Shown: piece by piece, positions 1-9,737 of the stretch
Numbering within the stretch: the stretch's first letter is position 1
Layout of the letters: the number at the start of each line of letters is the position of its first letter
Source: Mycolicibacterium smegmatis
GTDB taxonomy: Bacteria; Actinomycetota; Actinomycetes; Mycobacteriales; Mycobacteriaceae
Direction: 5' to 3'
DNA: 32,000 nucleotides
NCBI RefSeq assembly: GCF_001457595.1
Contig: NZ_LN831039.1
Coordinates: 4,080,001 to 4,112,000, forward strand
Notes under the pieces: model-generated
The model's input: the letters and a program-made list of their open reading frames with translations, nothing else
Told to the model about the DNA's origin: nothing
Databases searched by the model: none
Position numbers and translations under genes: made by a program

Positions 1-2197
1 GCACGGTTTCGTGGTGATGCGCTCGGCGTACCTCGACTCGGTTCGCATGGGTGGTGTCGAAGCCGAATTGGCCGCATTGCACACCGAAGCGCTCACCCAC
101 GCCGCCGACACCGCTCGACTCTCGGAACTGTGCCGCCGCATGCAGAGCCTGGTGAACAAGGCCGGGCTGAGCCCGAGCGTGCGGGACGCGACGCTGGCCG
201 CGTACCGCGCGCTGGGTACCGATGTGGTTGTGGCCGTGCGGTCCTCGGCCACCGGTGAGGACGGCCGCGATGCGTCGTTCGCGGGGATGAACCGCACCAT
301 CACCAACGTCATGGGCGAGGTGGCACTGCTCGACGCGGTCACCCAGTGCTGGATGTCGCTGTTCAGCCCGCGGGTCATCACCTACCGCGCCAGCCGCGGG
401 TTCACCGCCGCCCCTGCGATGGCCGTGGTGGTGCAGCAGATGCTCTCGGCCGATCGAGCCGGCGTCGCGTTCACGAGCGACCCCAGCACGGGCGATGCCG
501 ACCACATCGTCATCGAGGCGGCCTTCGGCCAGGGTGAGGTGGTGGTGTCCGGCAAGGTCGAACCCGACACGTACGTCATCGACAAGCGCACGCTTGAGGT
601 CCGAGACGTCCGGATCGGTTTCAAGGCCATCAAGATCGTGCGTGGTGACGACGGTGCCGACTCGATGGTGCAACTCGAGCGGTCGCAGGCCGAGGCCCGA
701 GTCCTCGACGACGACGCGTTGCGCAAGATCGCGACCCTGGCGGTCGCCACGGAGACACACAACGGCTGCCCACAGGACATCGAATGGGTGATCGCCGATG
801 GCGCGGTGTGGCTCGTACAGGCCCGGCCGATCACCACTCTCGGCAGCGCCGGGTCCACGGCCGGCGACGAACCGAGCGTGCTGATCCGGGGTCTCCCCGC
901 CGCGCCGGGTGTCGCGTCAGGACGTGTGCGCGTGTTGCTGGCTCCTGACGATGGGGACAAGCTGACCGACGGCGAGATCCTGGTCGCACCGACGACGAAT
1001 CCCGACTGGTTGCCGACGATCCGCCGAGCCGCGGCGCTGGTCACCGAGACCGGCGGCATGACCTGTCATGCCGCGATCGTCGCGCGAGAACTCGGTGTGC
1101 CATGTGTCGTCGGTGCCCGGTCGGCGACGGTGGCCCTTGCCGTCGGGTCGATGGTGACGGTGGACGGGACCCGCGGTGAGGTGACGACGGGGCGCCTCCC
1201 GGAAACGGTGCGCACCACCACGACGCCACAGGAGCCGGCTCCGCACATCACCGGTGAAGCCACCGGCACCAAGGTCTACGTGAATCTCGCGATGCCGGAT
1301 TCGGCCGAGGCGGTCGCCGCGCAGGACGTCGACGGGGTCGGTCTACTGCGTGCGGAGTTCATGCTGACCGAGGCCCTGGCGGGCCGGCATCCGCGGGACC
1401 TGATCACAAAGGGCGAGCAGGACACGTTGGTCGACGCCATGGCGGCCGCGGTCACCCGGATCGGCACGGCATTCGCACCGCGACCGGTGATCTATCGCGC
1501 AATGGACTTCCGCACCAACGAGTTCCGTGGGCTGGCCGGAGGTGAACAGTTCGAGCCCGTCGAACACAACCCGATGATCGGCTATCGGGGCTGTTACCGC
1601 TACATCAAAGAACCGGACCTCTTTGCGCTCGAACTCAGCGCGCTGGCCCGGGCCCGTGAGCACACGCCCAACATCCACCTGATGATTCCCTTCGTCCGCA
1701 CCCGGTGGGAGCTTGAGGAATGCCTCGCGCTGGTGGACGCGAGCCCGTTGAGGCGACACCGGAATCTACACCGGTGGGTGATGGCCGAGGTGCCGTCCGT
1801 GGTGCATTGGTTGCCCGAGTACGTCGGTATGGGCATCGACGGAGTGTCCATCGGCAGCAACGACCTCACACAGTTGATGCTCGGTGTCGATCGGGATTCC
1901 GAAACGTGCGCCGAGCTGTTCGACGAATCGGATGCCGCGGTGCTCGACGCGATCTCACGCATCATCTCGACGGCCAACCGGCTCGGGATCACATCGTCGC
2001 TGTGCGGGCAGGCGCCGTCGACCCGACCGGAATTCGCCGAGCATCTCGTCCGGATGGGCATCACGTCGGTGTCGGTCAACCCCGACGCGGCCGGCGCGGC
2101 GCGCCGTGCGGTCGCCGCGGCCGAGCGCCGCCTGTTGTTGGATTCGGTCCGCCACCCGCGGCATGCACCGACAGCGTCTCCTCGAAACCCGCTGTGA
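1..2197 (+). CDS. ppsA: Phosphoenolpyruvate synthase / PEP-utilising enzyme, 5' end outside window
   Basis: The frame is open from the window edge (..[14 protein letters not shown]). Contains the ATP-grasp part [23 protein letters not shown], the phosphohistidine motif [22 protein letters not shown], and the C-terminal PEP-binding part [10 protein letters not shown]...[17 protein letters not shown]...SSLCGQAPS. Confidence 0.93.
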   Translation, partial: HGFVVMRSAYLDSVRMGGVEAELAALHTEALTHAADTARLSELCRRMQSLVNKAGLSPSVRDATLAAYRALGTDVVVAVRSSATGEDGRDASFAGMNRTITNVMGEVALLDAVTQCWMSLFSPRVITYRASRGFTAAPAMAVVVQQMLSADRAGVAFTSDPSTGDADHIVIEAAFGQGEVVVSGKVEPDTYVIDKRTLEVRDVRIGFKAIKIVRGDDGADSMVQLERSQAEARVLDDDALRKIATLAVATETHNGCPQDIEWVIADGAVWLVQARPITTLGSAGSTAGDEPSVLIRGLPAAPGVASGRVRVLLAPDDGDKLTDGEILVAPTTNPDWLPTIRRAAALVTETGGMTCHAAIVARELGVPCVVGARSATVALAVGSMVTVDGTRGEVTTGRLPETVRTTTTPQEPAPHITGEATGTKVYVNLAMPDSAEAVAAQDVDGVGLLRAEFMLTEALAGRHPRDLITKGEQDTLVDAMAAAVTRIGTAFAPRPVIYRAMDFRTNEFRGLAGGEQFEPVEHNPMIGYRGCYRYIKEPDLFALELSALARAREHTPNIHLMIPFVRTRWELEECLALVDASPLRRHRNLHRWVMAEVPSVVHWLPEYVGMGIDGVSIGSNDLTQLMLGVDRDSETCAELFDESDAAVLDAISRIISTANRLGITSSLCGQAPSTRPEFAEHLVRMGITSVSVNPDAAGAARRAVAAAERRLLLDSVRHPRHAPTASPRNPL

Positions 2198-3431
2198 GAC
2201 AGTCGCGGAGGACGTCATGATCCGGGATCGCACCGGCATCGATGTTGACCCCGATGGCGCACACGTCGACGTATGACAGCAACGTGGTGTTGACGGCCGC
2301 ACCCAGGGTCGGAGAGAACGCGTACTGGGACCGAATGGGAGCACCGCCCATTTTCAGCGGTACGGGAGACCCCGGCACGTCGCTGGCGATGAAATCGACA
2401 TGCCGAAGTTCAGACCCTACATAGCCGCGCGGCATAACGTTGAGCGCTTTGGCGATCAGTTGTGTATAGGCAAGTGCCTTCTCGCCTCGCGCCGCCATCG
2501 TTCTCGCGTGGATCTCGCGAATTCTGCGCATCGGGTCCACCTCACCGACCGGAACGTCGAAACGGACCAGCGTCGCACGGTTTCCACCGATCCCGTCGTG
2601 TGGGCCGCGGACGCTGATCGGCATCGACGTCATGAGTTGGTCGACGGTGACACCGTGGTGATCGTGGTACCGGCGAAGCCCTCCCGTCACGGCCGCCAGG
2701 AATGCGTCGTTCACGGTGCCGCCGGCGGCGTCCCCAGCCCGGCGCAACCCAGACCTGCTCACCTCGAGGATCTCGAGTCGACGTGTTGCGCTGCGGCGCC
2801 TCATGACCGGCGACAGCGGACCTGCGATGGGGCGAGCGGCGCGATAGATCGACACCGCGGTGTCGAACGCCGTAGCGGCTGTGGTCAACGGGTGACGGAT
2901 CGTCTCCAATACCTGTGCCGCAACAGAACCCGAAGGTCTCTTCGAGCCCTCAGACGCCGCCAACACCTCGAGCTCGTCATAGAGCGCAGCGGCCAGCGCC
3001 ACTGCTCCGACGCCGTCGGTCAGCGCATGATCGAACTTGCACAGCAGCGCGGCACTGCCGTCGGCCATCCCCTCGACCAGCGTCACCTCCCACAGCGGGC
3101 GCGTGCGGTCGAGATCGGTCATCATCGCCACCTCGGCCAAGTTGACCAGCACCGGGAAAGTGCGCGGCTGAGGGGCGGACACACGGTGAAGGTGCCAGTC
3201 GAGATCGAACTCGGCGTGCTCCTCCCAACGCGCGGGTAGCGGCGGCACCGTCGGCGAGACGACCTGACGGAACCGTGGCGCCACGCGGGTGAGGCGTTCG
3301 AACCTTTCGACCACCAGGTCCCACTCGGGGGCGCGTTCGAGAATCATGAGGCTGACGATCGTCGAGCGGAGTACCGGGTCCTCCCCCAGCGACCACATGA
3401 ACTCATCGGTACTGGTCAGAAACTCCGCCAT
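2076..3431 (-). CDS. WS/DGAT-type wax ester synthase / diacylglycerol acyltransferase (variant DHALTDG motif)
   Basis: 451 aa. Family features: [13 protein letters not shown] start, [24 protein letters not shown], and C-terminal [28 protein letters not shown]. Confidence 0.88.
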   Translation of the reverse strand: MAEFLTSTDEFMWSLGEDPVLRSTIVSLMILERAPEWDLVVERFERLTRVAPRFRQVVSPTVPPLPARWEEHAEFDLDWHLHRVSAPQPRTFPVLVNLAEVAMMTDLDRTRPLWEVTLVEGMADGSAALLCKFDHALTDGVGAVALAAALYDELEVLAASEGSKRPSGSVAAQVLETIRHPLTTAATAFDTAVSIYRAARPIAGPLSPVMRRRSATRRLEILEVSRSGLRRAGDAAGGTVNDAFLAAVTGGLRRYHDHHGVTVDQLMTSMPISVRGPHDGIGGNRATLVRFDVPVGEVDPMRRIREIHARTMAARGEKALAYTQLIAKALNVMPRGYVGSELRHVDFIASDVPGSPVPLKMGGAPIRSQYAFSPTLGAAVNTTLLSYVDVCAIGVNIDAGAIPDHDVLRDCLTAGFEETLSVHAAGGGPNPTTGGARPRRPHGAPRRPRRG

Positions 3432-3497
3432 GGTGAGGTCCTCGCATTCGGCCGCACTCGAGCGAGCGACGGGTCTTGCAACTGGCTAGCTGTACTG

Positions 3498-4304
3498 CTA
3501 GCCGTCCGCAGGGGTGATCAACCCGTAGTGGCCGTCGTAGCGGCGATATATGACGCTGGCACGGCCCTCGGCCGCATCGATGTAAAACAGGAACGGCAGA
3601 CCCAGCAGACCGAGACGCTCGACGGCGTCGCGCTGGGTCAGACATGGCGCCGGATGGGTACTGATCGTGATCGGTTTCTCGAACGGACTCAGTTCGTCGG
3701 CAGGTACGGGGATCACGAGTACCAACCGATAGCCCGTGGGGCCGCCCTTGTACAGAACCGCGGCGAATCCGGTGCCCTTCTCGGTGAAGAGATGGAAATC
3801 GTAGTCGAGCATCTCCATCTCGAGCGCGGCCTCGTCCACGGTGCACGGCACCATGCTGAACGACTTGCGACGAATGATCCTGCGCTCCTCGGGCGGACGG
3901 GGAAAGTAGCCCGGGCGCCGCGCCGGTTCGGATTCGTGGCGCCACTCACGCCCGGCCTCGGCGGGCACACCGCCACGGCGCGCCTCCCAGTGCTCGGCAA
4001 TGCGCTCCAGTCGCGACCGCAGCCGTGCTTCCAGTCGATCTACCGCCTCGCGCGCGTTCACACCCTCGACCTGAGCGCGCACCTGCCGACCATTGACATC
4101 GAGGTTGGCTTGCGCGATGACCGGCCGTTCGACCGCGGGGTCACCGTGCCTGGTGAGCCTCACACGCGCGTGAAGCACCGGTCTGTGTGCGCGCCTGGAG
4201 AGCCGACCGATCTTCTCGCGCGCATACTCGGCGGCACCGGGAAGCTCCCCGTCGGTCGACACATCGACGTCCATGACCTCTGGTAGCCCTGTTCGCTGAC
4301 GCAT
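3498..4304 (-). CDS. Ribosome hibernation/association factor, HPF/RafH-like, long form
   Basis: 268 aa. N-terminal S30AE-like half (EYAREKIGRLSRRAHRPVLHARVRL) and C-terminal S30EA/HPF-C-like half (FHLFTEKGTGFAAVLYKGGPTGYRLV). A DosR-box-like site lies 36 bp upstream. Confidence 0.85.
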   Translation of the reverse strand: MRQRTGLPEVMDVDVSTDGELPGAAEYAREKIGRLSRRAHRPVLHARVRLTRHGDPAVERPVIAQANLDVNGRQVRAQVEGVNAREAVDRLEARLRSRLERIAEHWEARRGGVPAEAGREWRHESEPARRPGYFPRPPEERRIIRRKSFSMVPCTVDEAALEMEMLDYDFHLFTEKGTGFAAVLYKGGPTGYRLVLVIPVPADELSPFEKPITISTHPAPCLTQRDAVERLGLLGLPFLFYIDAAEGRASVIYRRYDGHYGLITPADG

Positions 4305-4339
4305 GGTTTCATTCGATACCGCAGAGCAGCGTCGCCACA

Positions 4340-4353
4340 GGGCCGAAAGTCAC
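4340..4353. promoter_or_regulatory. Candidate DosR box upstream of the hibernation factor (GGGCCGAAAGTCAC)
   Basis: Degenerate match to the 14-mer core GGGACTTTAGTCCC, placed just upstream of the minus-strand gene starting at 4304. Confidence 0.5.
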
Positions 4354-4408
4354 CTCCGTCAGAACTCGCACCCCAGCGTCCTTCATCATCGGCAGATCCG
4401 AGGGCCGG

Positions 4409-5308
4409 CTACCTTGGCCTCGCGACAATGATCGGTACGCGAACTTCCTGTGCAACCGCGGAACTCACCGAACCAAGCAGCATTCCGGTGAACCCGCCTC
4501 GGCCCCGGCTGCCCAGTACCACCAGCTGGGCACCTTCGGAGGCGGCGATCAGTGCGTCCGCCGGCCGGTCGAACTCGATCTCGAGGTTGACCGAGGTCTC
4601 GGGATACCGTTCCTCCCAGGCGCCCAGGCGCTCGGCAATGGGCTTTTGCACCACCGCTTGCAGTGCGGACCACTCGGCGGCGAAAAGCCCGGACATGTCA
4701 GCATCGACCAGCACGTGCAGCGCCACCACATCCACACCACGCAACGCGGCCTCCCGGAAGGCGATCTCCGTCGCGAACTCCGACGCCGGCGACCCGTCGG
4801 TGCCCAACAACACCGGAGACCGGCCCGATACTCGGGCAGCACCCGTTGCGTGGACGATCGCTACTGGGCAACGGGCATGGTGGAGCAACCCACTGGCGAC
4901 GGATCCCAACAATCGGCGGTGCTGCTCGTTGCGGCCGCGAGGACCGACGACGATCAGTTCGGCGGACCTGGAAAACCCGGTCAGGCTGGGCACGACACCG
5001 CCGTACAGCATCTCGCTGCGTACCTGTGGCCGAGAAGTGCCGGTGACGTCCTCCTGCACGATCTTGATCGCGTCGGCGATCGCAGTACGGGCGTCGTTGT
5101 CCTGAACCTCCAGGACTTCCTCGGGGATTCGACCGCCGGGCCACAACAGCGTCGAAGCGCTCAATGGTGTGACGACATGCGCAATCGTGAGGTCGACGCC
5201 TCGCAAGGTCGCCTCGGCCATGGCCCATCTGACCGCGGCCCGCGACCAGGACGATCCGTCGACCCCGACGACGATGCCGTGTGGCAGATCCGAATCCGCC
5301 ACACTCAC
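4409..5308 (-). CDS. Universal stress protein, tandem UspA domains
   Basis: 299 aa. Two domains: GIVVGVDGSSWSRAAVRWA...VVGPRG and PVLLGTDGSPASEFATEIAFREA...LVVLGSRGRGGFTGMLLGSVSSAV. Confidence 0.95.
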   Translation of the reverse strand: MSVADSDLPHGIVVGVDGSSWSRAAVRWAMAEATLRGVDLTIAHVVTPLSASTLLWPGGRIPEEVLEVQDNDARTAIADAIKIVQEDVTGTSRPQVRSEMLYGGVVPSLTGFSRSAELIVVGPRGRNEQHRRLLGSVASGLLHHARCPVAIVHATGAARVSGRSPVLLGTDGSPASEFATEIAFREAALRGVDVVALHVLVDADMSGLFAAEWSALQAVVQKPIAERLGAWEERYPETSVNLEIEFDRPADALIAASEGAQLVVLGSRGRGGFTGMLLGSVSSAVAQEVRVPIIVARPR

Positions 5309-5775
5309 GCGGCGCTCGGCAGATCCGGCGCCGGTCCGCCGAACGTGCGTGCCGTGCGAGGCTCATTTGCCGGAGCCCAGCCGGCATACGTCAGGAACAG
5401 CCCCAGCAGGCCGACCGCGACCATGAGGACCTGCCACCACATCGCGGCCCGCACCATCGACTCGCCGAATGCCGCGTATGACTGTGGTACCGCCAGCAGT
5501 AGAACGCCTTTCAGCGTTGCAAGCCAACCGAGGACCGACACCACGATCGCTGCGACTCCATGCCACCTCTGGTGCAGCGCGACCACGGTGAGGCCGCTCA
5601 ACAGTACGAAGGCACCGGATACCCACGACATGATCGGGTTCTTTCCGAAATCGGTGACCAGGCCCGGTATCTCGGACGCACGTGCCAACGCCACGACAGC
5701 GACGACGACGAGATACGGGCCGAGTACACGTGCGAAGCCCTGCGTCCGGTTCTCGACGTGAAACGCAGTACTCAT
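5305..5775 (-). CDS. Small integral membrane protein, possibly four transmembrane segments, translationally coupled to the downstream USP
   Basis: 156 aa with repeated hydrophobic segments (YLVVVAVVALAR, VSGAFVLLSGLTVVAL, AAIVVSVLGWLATLKGVLLL, WWQVLMVAVGLLGLFLTYAG). Its stop overlaps the USP start at 5308. Confidence 0.75.
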   Translation of the reverse strand: MSTAFHVENRTQGFARVLGPYLVVVAVVALARASEIPGLVTDFGKNPIMSWVSGAFVLLSGLTVVALHQRWHGVAAIVVSVLGWLATLKGVLLLAVPQSYAAFGESMVRAAMWWQVLMVAVGLLGLFLTYAGWAPANEPRTARTFGGPAPDLPSAA

Positions 5776-5858
5776 GGCACTGAGACCTCCTCAAATCCAC
5801 GGACGTCACGACTGACGCCCGCCTGACCCATTCGACCACCGGTGCTTCGAGGTCGTAA

Positions 5859-5872
5859 GGGACCGAAGTCCA
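5859..5872. promoter_or_regulatory. Candidate DosR box 1 in the divergent intergenic region (GGGACCGAAGTCCA)
   Basis: Near-consensus match in the 5776-6006 intergenic region. Confidence 0.7.
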
Positions 5873-5929
5873 CGTTCAGATGGGCTTTTGTCGGTTCTGG
5901 GCAGCCAGAGGACCATCGGCGCAATCACC

Positions 5930-5943
5930 GGGACTTAGGTCAC
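5930..5943. promoter_or_regulatory. Candidate DosR box 2 (GGGACTTAGGTCAC)
   Basis: DosR-like 14-mer 71 bp from box 1 and ~64 bp upstream of the USP start at 6007. Confidence 0.6.
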
Positions 5944-6006
5944 CATCGGCAGAGGTTCGCCGCCGATACGCTCGAACGCGCAGTTGATAAGCGGGTAGGA
6001 GCCGAG

Positions 6007-6798
6007 ATGTTGGAGCCAGAGAATTCCGCACCGATCGTAGTTGGTATCGACGGGTCCGAAGCGGGTGTACGGGCCGCTCGATGGGCGGCTGCCGAAGCCG
6101 AGTCCCGCAACGTTCCACTGCGTTTGGTGTATGCCACCAAGGCTTCACATCCATCGGCAGACGACTATTACGACGATGTCCGCCGCGGACAGGACGCCCT
6201 GTCGGCCGCCCAGATCGATGTGAACCGGCGCTACAGCGAGGTCAAGGTCGAGACCGCCCTGGTGGACGGGCCACCGGGGCGCGCGCTGATCGACGAGTCC
6301 GACCGTGCGGCGATGTTGTGTGTCGGATCGGTGGGCATCGGCCGCTACGCGGAATCGATTCTCGGGTCGATCGCCTTGGCGGTTGCCGAGGGCGCCGCGT
6401 GCCCGGTGGCTGTCATCCGTGCACAGGAGGATGACTCGGCGGTTCACTGGATCGCCGCTGGGAACCCGGCCGACGAACACGTCGTCGAATCAGCCATGGC
6501 CGAGGCGCGATTGCGGCAGGCACCGGTTCTGGTGCTCGGGGATCGACGCGAGGGCGACGCGTTCATCTACCAGGTCAAATCCATACAACTCCGCAATCCC
6601 GATCTCCACATCTACCCGATCACCGACAGAAACGATGTGGCCGGCTTTCTGAGGCGACACGACGAGCCGGTCCAGCTCGCCGTTATCGGTGAGTCGGAGG
6701 TCGCCGAACTCCCGCGCATCCTCGGCCCTCACGGGCGTCATATGTTCCACCTGTTCGAGGGGACCACGTCATCGGTGCTGGTGGCGCGCTATGACTGA
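6007..6798 (+). CDS. Universal stress protein with a divergent C-terminal domain
   Basis: ORF track starts at 5842, but family similarity begins at MLEPENSAPIVVGIDGSEAGVRAARWAAAEAE (ATG 6007). N-terminal USP domain has GSVGIGRYAESILGSIA. The C-terminal half lacks a clear GxDGS motif. Confidence 0.9.
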   Translation: MLEPENSAPIVVGIDGSEAGVRAARWAAAEAESRNVPLRLVYATKASHPSADDYYDDVRRGQDALSAAQIDVNRRYSEVKVETALVDGPPGRALIDESDRAAMLCVGSVGIGRYAESILGSIALAVAEGAACPVAVIRAQEDDSAVHWIAAGNPADEHVVESAMAEARLRQAPVLVLGDRREGDAFIYQVKSIQLRNPDLHIYPITDRNDVAGFLRRHDEPVQLAVIGESEVAELPRILGPHGRHMFHLFEGTTSSVLVARYD

Positions 6799-6896
6799 TC
6801 GCCGGATTCGTCGATGAAACCCTGTGACGCCGCCGGACATATGCGGGCCACCTCGTGAGCGGGGTGCCGATCGGCTGACAACTGACCGCGAGGGTC

Positions 6897-6910
6897 GGGA
6901 CTTTCGTCCC
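6897..6910. promoter_or_regulatory. Candidate DosR box (GGGACTTTCGTCCC)
   Basis: Near-perfect match to GGGACTTTAGTCCC, 64 bp upstream of ATG 6974. Confidence 0.85.
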
Positions 6911-6973
6911 TATGGACCACCGGTGAATGCGCCGAGGATCACGGTGACGCGTCGATCGCACGGAGGGAACCAC

Positions 6974-7855
6974 ATGAGTCACAACGGAAACGGCGCTGGG
7001 TACGGCATGGTCGTCGCGGTCGACGGTTCGGCGGAGTCCGACGCGGCGGTGCGATGGGCGGCACGCGAGGCAACACTGCGCAAGATCCCGGTGACCGTGA
7101 TGCATGTAGTCGAACCGATGATCGTCAACTGGCCGGTCCCACCCGTGCAGGGCAGTGTCACCGAGTGGCAGGAGGCCAACGCCCGCAACGTGATCAAGCA
7201 CGCCCACGACACGTTCGTCGCCGTCGAGGAGTCCGCTCCAGACGGCATCCGGCACGAAATACGTTATGCCGGCATCGTTGCCGAACTTGTCGATGTGTCC
7301 AAGAACGCCACGATGATGGTGGTGGGGAGCCGCGGCCTGGGTGCGTTCGGCGGCGCGTTGCTGGGATCGGTCAGCAGCGGCGTCATCCACCATGCGCACT
7401 GTCCCGTTGCGGTGATCCACGGTGACCAGATACGTCGACCGGACCCCCGCTCCCCCGTGCTCGTCGGGATCGACGGATCACCCGCATCCGAGGACGCCAC
7501 GGCGTTCGCGTTCGACGAGGCCTCTCGTCGGCGCGTCGATCTCATCGCATTGCACGCCTGGAGCGACGTCGGGGTGTTCTCGGCGCTCGGCATGGACTGG
7601 CACGAGTACGAGGACCAGGGACGCGAACTGCTCGGTGAGCGTCTCGCCGGATGGCGTGAGCGGTATCCCGACGTGAGAGTGACTCGGCAGATCGTCTGCG
7701 ATCAGCCGGCACGGTGGCTCATCGACGGGTCACGCCACGCACAACTCGTCGTTGTGGGCAGCCATGGGCGCGCGGGATTCGCCGGAATGCTGTTGGGATC
7801 GGTCGGCTCGAAGGTCGCCCGCGCCGCCTATTCCCCGGTGATCGTGGTGCGTTGA
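6974..7855 (+). CDS. Universal stress protein, tandem UspA domains
   Basis: 293 aa from MSHNGNGAGYGMVVAVDGSAESDAAVRWAAREA. Second domain PVLVGIDGSPASEDATAFAFDEA...VVGSHGRAGFAGMLLGSV. GGAGG-type SD (cggaggga) precedes ATG 6974. Confidence 0.95.
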   Translation: MSHNGNGAGYGMVVAVDGSAESDAAVRWAAREATLRKIPVTVMHVVEPMIVNWPVPPVQGSVTEWQEANARNVIKHAHDTFVAVEESAPDGIRHEIRYAGIVAELVDVSKNATMMVVGSRGLGAFGGALLGSVSSGVIHHAHCPVAVIHGDQIRRPDPRSPVLVGIDGSPASEDATAFAFDEASRRRVDLIALHAWSDVGVFSALGMDWHEYEDQGRELLGERLAGWRERYPDVRVTRQIVCDQPARWLIDGSRHAQLVVVGSHGRAGFAGMLLGSVGSKVARAAYSPVIVVR

Positions 7856-7871
7856 CAGCAGGTGTGGATGG

Positions 7872-9515
7872 TCAAGCCCCGCTCAGCGGGGCACTCCAGC
7901 GCACATGCGTCCCCGACCCGGCCGAGCTGGTGATCTGACAGCTGCCGCCGGCCTGTTGCGCCCGGGCTTTGAGGTTAGCCAACCCACTGCACCGCGCGGT
8001 GTTTGCCGGTATGCCTCGACCGTTGTCGACCACCTCGATATCGAGCCGATCCGATACCTCGATGGATATCGTCACGCTGGTCGCTCCGGAATGGCGCACC
8101 GCGTTGCTGATGGCTTCGACGATCACCGCTTCGGCATCGTCGGCCAGAGCGGGATCGACCGCGACGATGGGTCCGCTGATGCGTACGGTCGTCGCGAGGG
8201 GGCTGTTGTCGGTCACAGCCGCCACCGCCGCCTGAATCCGTTGCCGGAAACTCATGGCGGAAGCCGCGGGCGATTGCAGGTCGAAGATCGCCGTCCTGAT
8301 CTCGTCGATGATGGACTGCAGGTCGTCGACAGTGCGCGACAACCGCTCCTTGAGCAGATCGGACTTGGTGCGGGCGATGGTTCCTTGCAGGTCCATACCG
8401 GCCAGGAACAACCGCTGGATCACATGGTCGTGCAGATCCCTGGCGATGCGTTCCCGATCGCTCAACACGGTGAGTTGCCGTGCCTGCTCATTCGCCCGGC
8501 AGAGTGTGAGGGCCACGGCCGCGTGGTGCGCGAAATCCTCCATGATGGCCATCTCGTCCACGTCGAACGGCGGGTCGTCGGCGTCGCGGGCGACAGCGAT
8601 GACACCGAGGTTGTTGGTTGCCGAACGCAGTGGCACGACGATCGCGGGGCGGCGCCCCTGGTCGGTGAACGAAGTGATGGGGTATCTGAATCCATCCGTC
8701 ATCGTGGACTCCCCCGTGCGGAACACCCGTCCGCTCGTGGAGCCGGATACCGGCACCTGTTGCCCCTCGACCTCGTCGGCACGTGCGCCGGCGGCAACGG
8801 CAACCGTGAGGCTGCGAACCTCCTCCGGAGCCCGGTCCGCCTCGGACGGGACGAGTATGGCGGCCTGGCTCGCGACGGTGAGCTCCGCTGCCCGGCCGAC
8901 GATCAACCGCAGAGGGGCATCCTCTCCGCCGCTCATACCGAGCAAGGCCATGGTGATCTCACGGCTCGCGGAGACCCACCGCGCCACGGTGCGCACTTTG
9001 GCCAGATGCCACACACTGTGGACGACGTCCGCCGCCACCGTCGCGAGCACCTCGACAACCCCTACATGAGCGTCGGAGAACTCGAACCCGGCCCGGGAGT
9101 CGGCCACGTACAGACTGCCGAGCACTTCGCCGTGCGAGACGAGCGGCACGCCGAGCACAGCGCGCATCGGCGGGAGCAGCTCTGGCAGACCTACCTCGGC
9201 CGCAGATCGTGCAAGACCATCGATTCTGAGCGGACCTGTCCGATTGCGAAGAAACCCCAGCATGTCCCTGTCGGGCGAATCCGGGACCGCTTGCGCGAGG
9301 GCTCCTGCCTGCAGGAATGTCGCAGGTGTGCCGTTCGGGGCGCAGAGGCCGGCGGCACCGTAACAGGCACCTGATACCCGCATGATCGCGTCGAGAATGC
9401 CGTGCAGAGTGGACTCTGGTTCCAAACCGGCATCGAGCGAGGCCATGTCCTGCAACAACGCGGCCATCCGGACCTCGACCGCTTCGGGCGAGTCGTCCGT
9501 ATGCGACTGCCCCAC
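7872..9515 (-). CDS. DosS/DevS-like sensor histidine kinase with two GAF domains; start uncertain (GTG 9515 or ATG 9467; ORF open to 9674)
   Basis: GAF-like region ILDAIMRVSGACYGAAGLCAPNG...MRAVLGVPLVSHGEVLGSLYVAD; HisKA_3 DHp RIARDLHDHVIQRLFLAGMDLQ; HATPase VVEAISNAVRHSGAT...IEVVDNGRGIP...GLANLKARAQQAGG; DosS-like C-terminus VRWSAPLS. Confidence 0.9.
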   Translation of the reverse strand: MGQSHTDDSPEAVEVRMAALLQDMASLDAGLEPESTLHGILDAIMRVSGACYGAAGLCAPNGTPATFLQAGALAQAVPDSPDRDMLGFLRNRTGPLRIDGLARSAAEVGLPELLPPMRAVLGVPLVSHGEVLGSLYVADSRAGFEFSDAHVGVVEVLATVAADVVHSVWHLAKVRTVARWVSASREITMALLGMSGGEDAPLRLIVGRAAELTVASQAAILVPSEADRAPEEVRSLTVAVAAGARADEVEGQQVPVSGSTSGRVFRTGESTMTDGFRYPITSFTDQGRRPAIVVPLRSATNNLGVIAVARDADDPPFDVDEMAIMEDFAHHAAVALTLCRANEQARQLTVLSDRERIARDLHDHVIQRLFLAGMDLQGTIARTKSDLLKERLSRTVDDLQSIIDEIRTAIFDLQSPAASAMSFRQRIQAAVAAVTDNSPLATTVRISGPIVAVDPALADDAEAVIVEAISNAVRHSGATSVTISIEVSDRLDIEVVDNGRGIPANTARCSGLANLKARAQQAGGSCQITSSAGSGTHVRWSAPLSGA

Positions 9516-9737
9516 GGGTCTACGCCAGGCCGGTCTCGCAACGATCGATCCAGTATCTCGAGCGCCCAAATCTGACCTCCACCCATCCTTCGACCTGGAC
9601 GCTACGCCTGTTGCGCATACCTGCAACCAAGAATTGACCGTGCCGTCAGCGCTCTCGAGGAACCGGTCCGCCACCGACCGGAATGGGTTCTTGCCAACGA
9701 AATCAACCGGGATTTGCCGGCCGCGCCGCTGACGAAT

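Noticed and set aside
7905-9374. Long plus-strand ORF (489 aa) opposite the DosS-like kinase
   Set aside because: Arg/His/Gly-rich translation without recognisable motifs; typical high-GC shadow ORF antisense to a well-supported gene.
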